Position numbers and translations under genes: made by a program. Source: Chrysomallon squamiferum (lineage: Eukaryota > Animalia > Mollusca). Taken from it: a stretch of 64,000 bases of DNA. Each line of letters starts with the position of its first letter. Position 1 is the first letter of the stretch. The DNA is taken from contig CM022670.1 in the NCBI GenBank assembly GCA_012295275.1, forward strand, positions 7,440,001-7,504,000, given 5' to 3'. The notes under the pieces were generated by a model. That model saw only the letters and a list, made by a program, of their open reading frames with translations. It was not told where the DNA came from and did no database searches. Shown here in pieces: positions 35,682 to 64,000 of this stretch.

Positions 35682-36446
35682 CAGTGGTATACCTCCAATT
35701 ACGAGTTCCCCAACTTATCAGTTTACCGAGTTACGAGCTCTCGCACGGTCGATGTTTCGCTTTGAGTTGCGAGCCAAAGTCCGAGTTACGAGCGAGCTTC
35801 AGACACGCCGCCGCTAGTTGGCGCAACAAACAGCACAACATCCGGCAAGCATCCCGCGTCTCATTCGTTTGTTTCACGTGCTTTCCTGGCCGTGGAAGCA
35901 TCTCTGTTATGTTGTGCTGGTGTTTTGTGCATCCTAAGAGAGTTAGTGCAAAGGACAATGCTGAGAAGAAGAAGAGTATGATGTCCATTGAATTATAGCA
36001 TGAAATCATAGAAGAACATGAGGGAGATGTGCGTGTAGTCAACATGGATAGGCAGTACGAGCGTTGTACTGTACGATATGTACCATACTGAAGCAGAAGG
36101 AGACCATAGAGGCTATAACTCCAGTCAAAGGCGTTAAAATAATTTCTAAGCTACGGACCTCTGAAAAGATGGAGGAAACCTAACCCTGTACACTTTATAA
36201 AACCAATTTACTTCTTTACATTCTCTTTTATTTTGTTTTTTTTACAATATTTGTCATCTATACATACATTTTTTCTTGTTTAAAAACACGTTACAAAAAA
36301 ACAACAAAAAACAACCGATTAATGCTGTAACGGATTAATGGTATTTCAATTAATTTCATTTGGGAAAATTGATTTGATATACGAGCAAATTTGAGTTACT
36401 AGCTCGGTAACGGAACGAATTAAACTCGTAAGTCAAGGTACCACTG
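35682..36446 (+). mobile_element. Internally deleted Tigger/pogo-type DNA transposon with a remnant transposase N-terminus
   Basis: TA-CAGTGGTATACCTCCAATTACGAG ... CTCGTAAGTCAAGGTACCACTG-TA. The internal decayed frame HPKRVSAKDNAEKKKSMMSIEL*HEIIEEHEGDVRVVNMDRQYE..TICTILKQKETI resembles the CENP-B/Tigger N-terminal HTH region. Confidence 0.85.
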
Positions 36447-36455
36447 TATATTATT

Positions 36456-36504
<49 letters not shown>

Positions 36505-36509
36505 TATAG

Positions 36510-36586
<77 letters not shown>

Positions 36587-37370
36587 CAGAAGGGAACATA
36601 TACCTATTATTAGATACATAGATAGAAAGAAAGACTATATCTATTTTTTATCTTTTTTTCTGGGGTGTTAGAGGTCAGTTCTCTTCAGCTGCTAACTACC
36701 ATCATTTTCTTTCAGTCTTTAAATTAGTAACATCGACACCAACAAATAGATAGACAGATAGATAAATAGATAGATAGATAAATAAATAAATAAATAAATA
36801 AAGTATCCCACCAGATGCATTCCTTTCGAAATAGCTGCTGGGTTAGCTCAAATTGCAAATACTAATCCAGATAAAGAAGATATTAAAATATTTAGTATCT
36901 GAATAATGGCGATACGAGACAAAAACAAAAATTAAAATAAAATAAAATAAAACAAAATAAAATTATATTAAATTTAAAAAAAATATAAATATATATATAT
37001 ATAAAAAAAAAAAATCCACTGTCACGGTCTATTTTAAAATAACAGAAATTGATATGATATTTGTAAAGAAAAGTGGAGAAATTAAACTAGCAGTAATTCG
37101 TTGTGCAATGAATTCCGTTCGTTATTTACCGAATTATTGTTTCATTTTTTCTTTAATTGATTTATTCATTCATTTATTAATTAACTCAATAATTAATTAA
37201 GTCATTCATTCCTGAAGTTATTATGCCATGAACCTCATTTAATACAACAGAGGCGTGGATTATACTGACATAGAGCATTAGCTATTACAAAACATTTAAA
37301 TACAGTTTTACATTTATTTTTATATAATCAACGAAAATACATAACACATTAACAGAAGAATAAACACGTT

Positions 37371-37912
37371 AAACTGTGACTCATCTAGAAATAATTTCAA
37401 CATAATTCAGTTAATGTTCAGTTAAAGTGAATTTGAAGAAACACATCTAAATATATTTTGATATTAGATGCAAATCGTTTCTAATGAATGCTTTATAATG
37501 ATAATAAAATATGCGATGCTTGGAGCTGTATATTTATGAGCATAATTATTAAAAGTCAAATTCTATTGGTTCGTGCGTTTCCTTCTGTTATCTTTACCAA
37601 TTTAATCCAGTGAAGCGTGAACGACGAACTGCAACACGGTGATACACTTTGTCTTTATCGTCTGTTAACAGAGAAAAAATACGTGCATATGCATTATCAA
37701 ACAAAAGATATTAAAACATGTGTCACATGTCATAATGCTCAGAACTATCGAATGTGCGGCACGTTTTACGTGTACATCATCAGTGACAAAGATCTGGGAA
37801 CACGCCCATCTTTCTCGCAACGTCACAGACAACGCATCTGGTATGGGATATATAAAAAGTTGGAATCGCCGAAAAACAGTTTAGTGAGAAACAAGTTGAA
37901 GTTGTGTCAACC
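37371..37912 (+). promoter_or_regulatory. Proximal promoter and 5'UTR of copy C
   Basis: TATAAAA at 37851; Inr-like TTAGT at 37881-37885; TGACTCA at 37377-37383; ATTGG at 37565-37569; CACGCCC at 37801; start context acaagttgaagttgtgtcaaccATGAG|gtaatg identical to copy B. Confidence 0.75.
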
Positions 37913-63620
<25,708 letters not shown>

Positions 63621-63784
63621 AGTGTAATTTTAGACGAATATGAACCGGTTACTCTGCTGAGACTGTTAAAATTAATATTTCTTTTTTTTTTACGAATATA
63701 TTTTTTTATTCTAAAATAATATGTTATTAAAAATACAAATACCAGATTCTCGTTGTTGTTTGTACTTTTCTGTATTTGAGTATG

Positions 63785-63863
<79 letters not shown>

Positions 63864-64000
63864 AAATGTGATCGATTATTATGAATACAATAAAAACCCG
63901 TCATCAGATCAGCAACAAAATTCGCAAGGCTTCAGTATAAGTATCGTATTTTGTGTTACCAAGCAATAGTCAGATATGTTCTTCGTAATTATTGCTCGTT

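Noticed and set aside
35605-36045. ORFs within the Tigger-like element taken as an active transposase
   Set aside because: Only an N-terminal remnant with stop and frameshift; no DDE domain is present.

Overview
Eukaryotic, AT-rich, microsatellite-dense DNA with GT-AG introns; an invertebrate, plausibly molluscan or cephalopod, source is inferred from composition only. The window holds a head-to-tail + strand array of three thioester-containing protein genes (invertebrate TEP / CD109-like, alpha-2-macroglobulin/C3 superfamily): the 3' 16 coding exons of copy A (189-7724) and two full-length 37-exon copies, B (11570-32858) and C (37913-63620), about 1420 aa when repaired. The paralogs are near-identical over much of their length but differ sharply at functional sites. 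The catalytic loop reads VIH in A, IHD in B and ILD in C, mirroring the human C4B VIH / C4A VLD isotype switch; the residues flanking GCGEQ also differ, and the bait region is completely rewritten between B and C. As assembled, B and C each carry two frame-disrupting exons, which may be real lesions or consensus errors. Non-coding DNA holds Tigger/pogo- and Tc1-type non-autonomous elements, copy-specific minisatellite expansions, a 2 kb tandem duplication and an ectopic copy of intron-1 sequence. Most ORFs in the supplied track are microsatellite artefacts.
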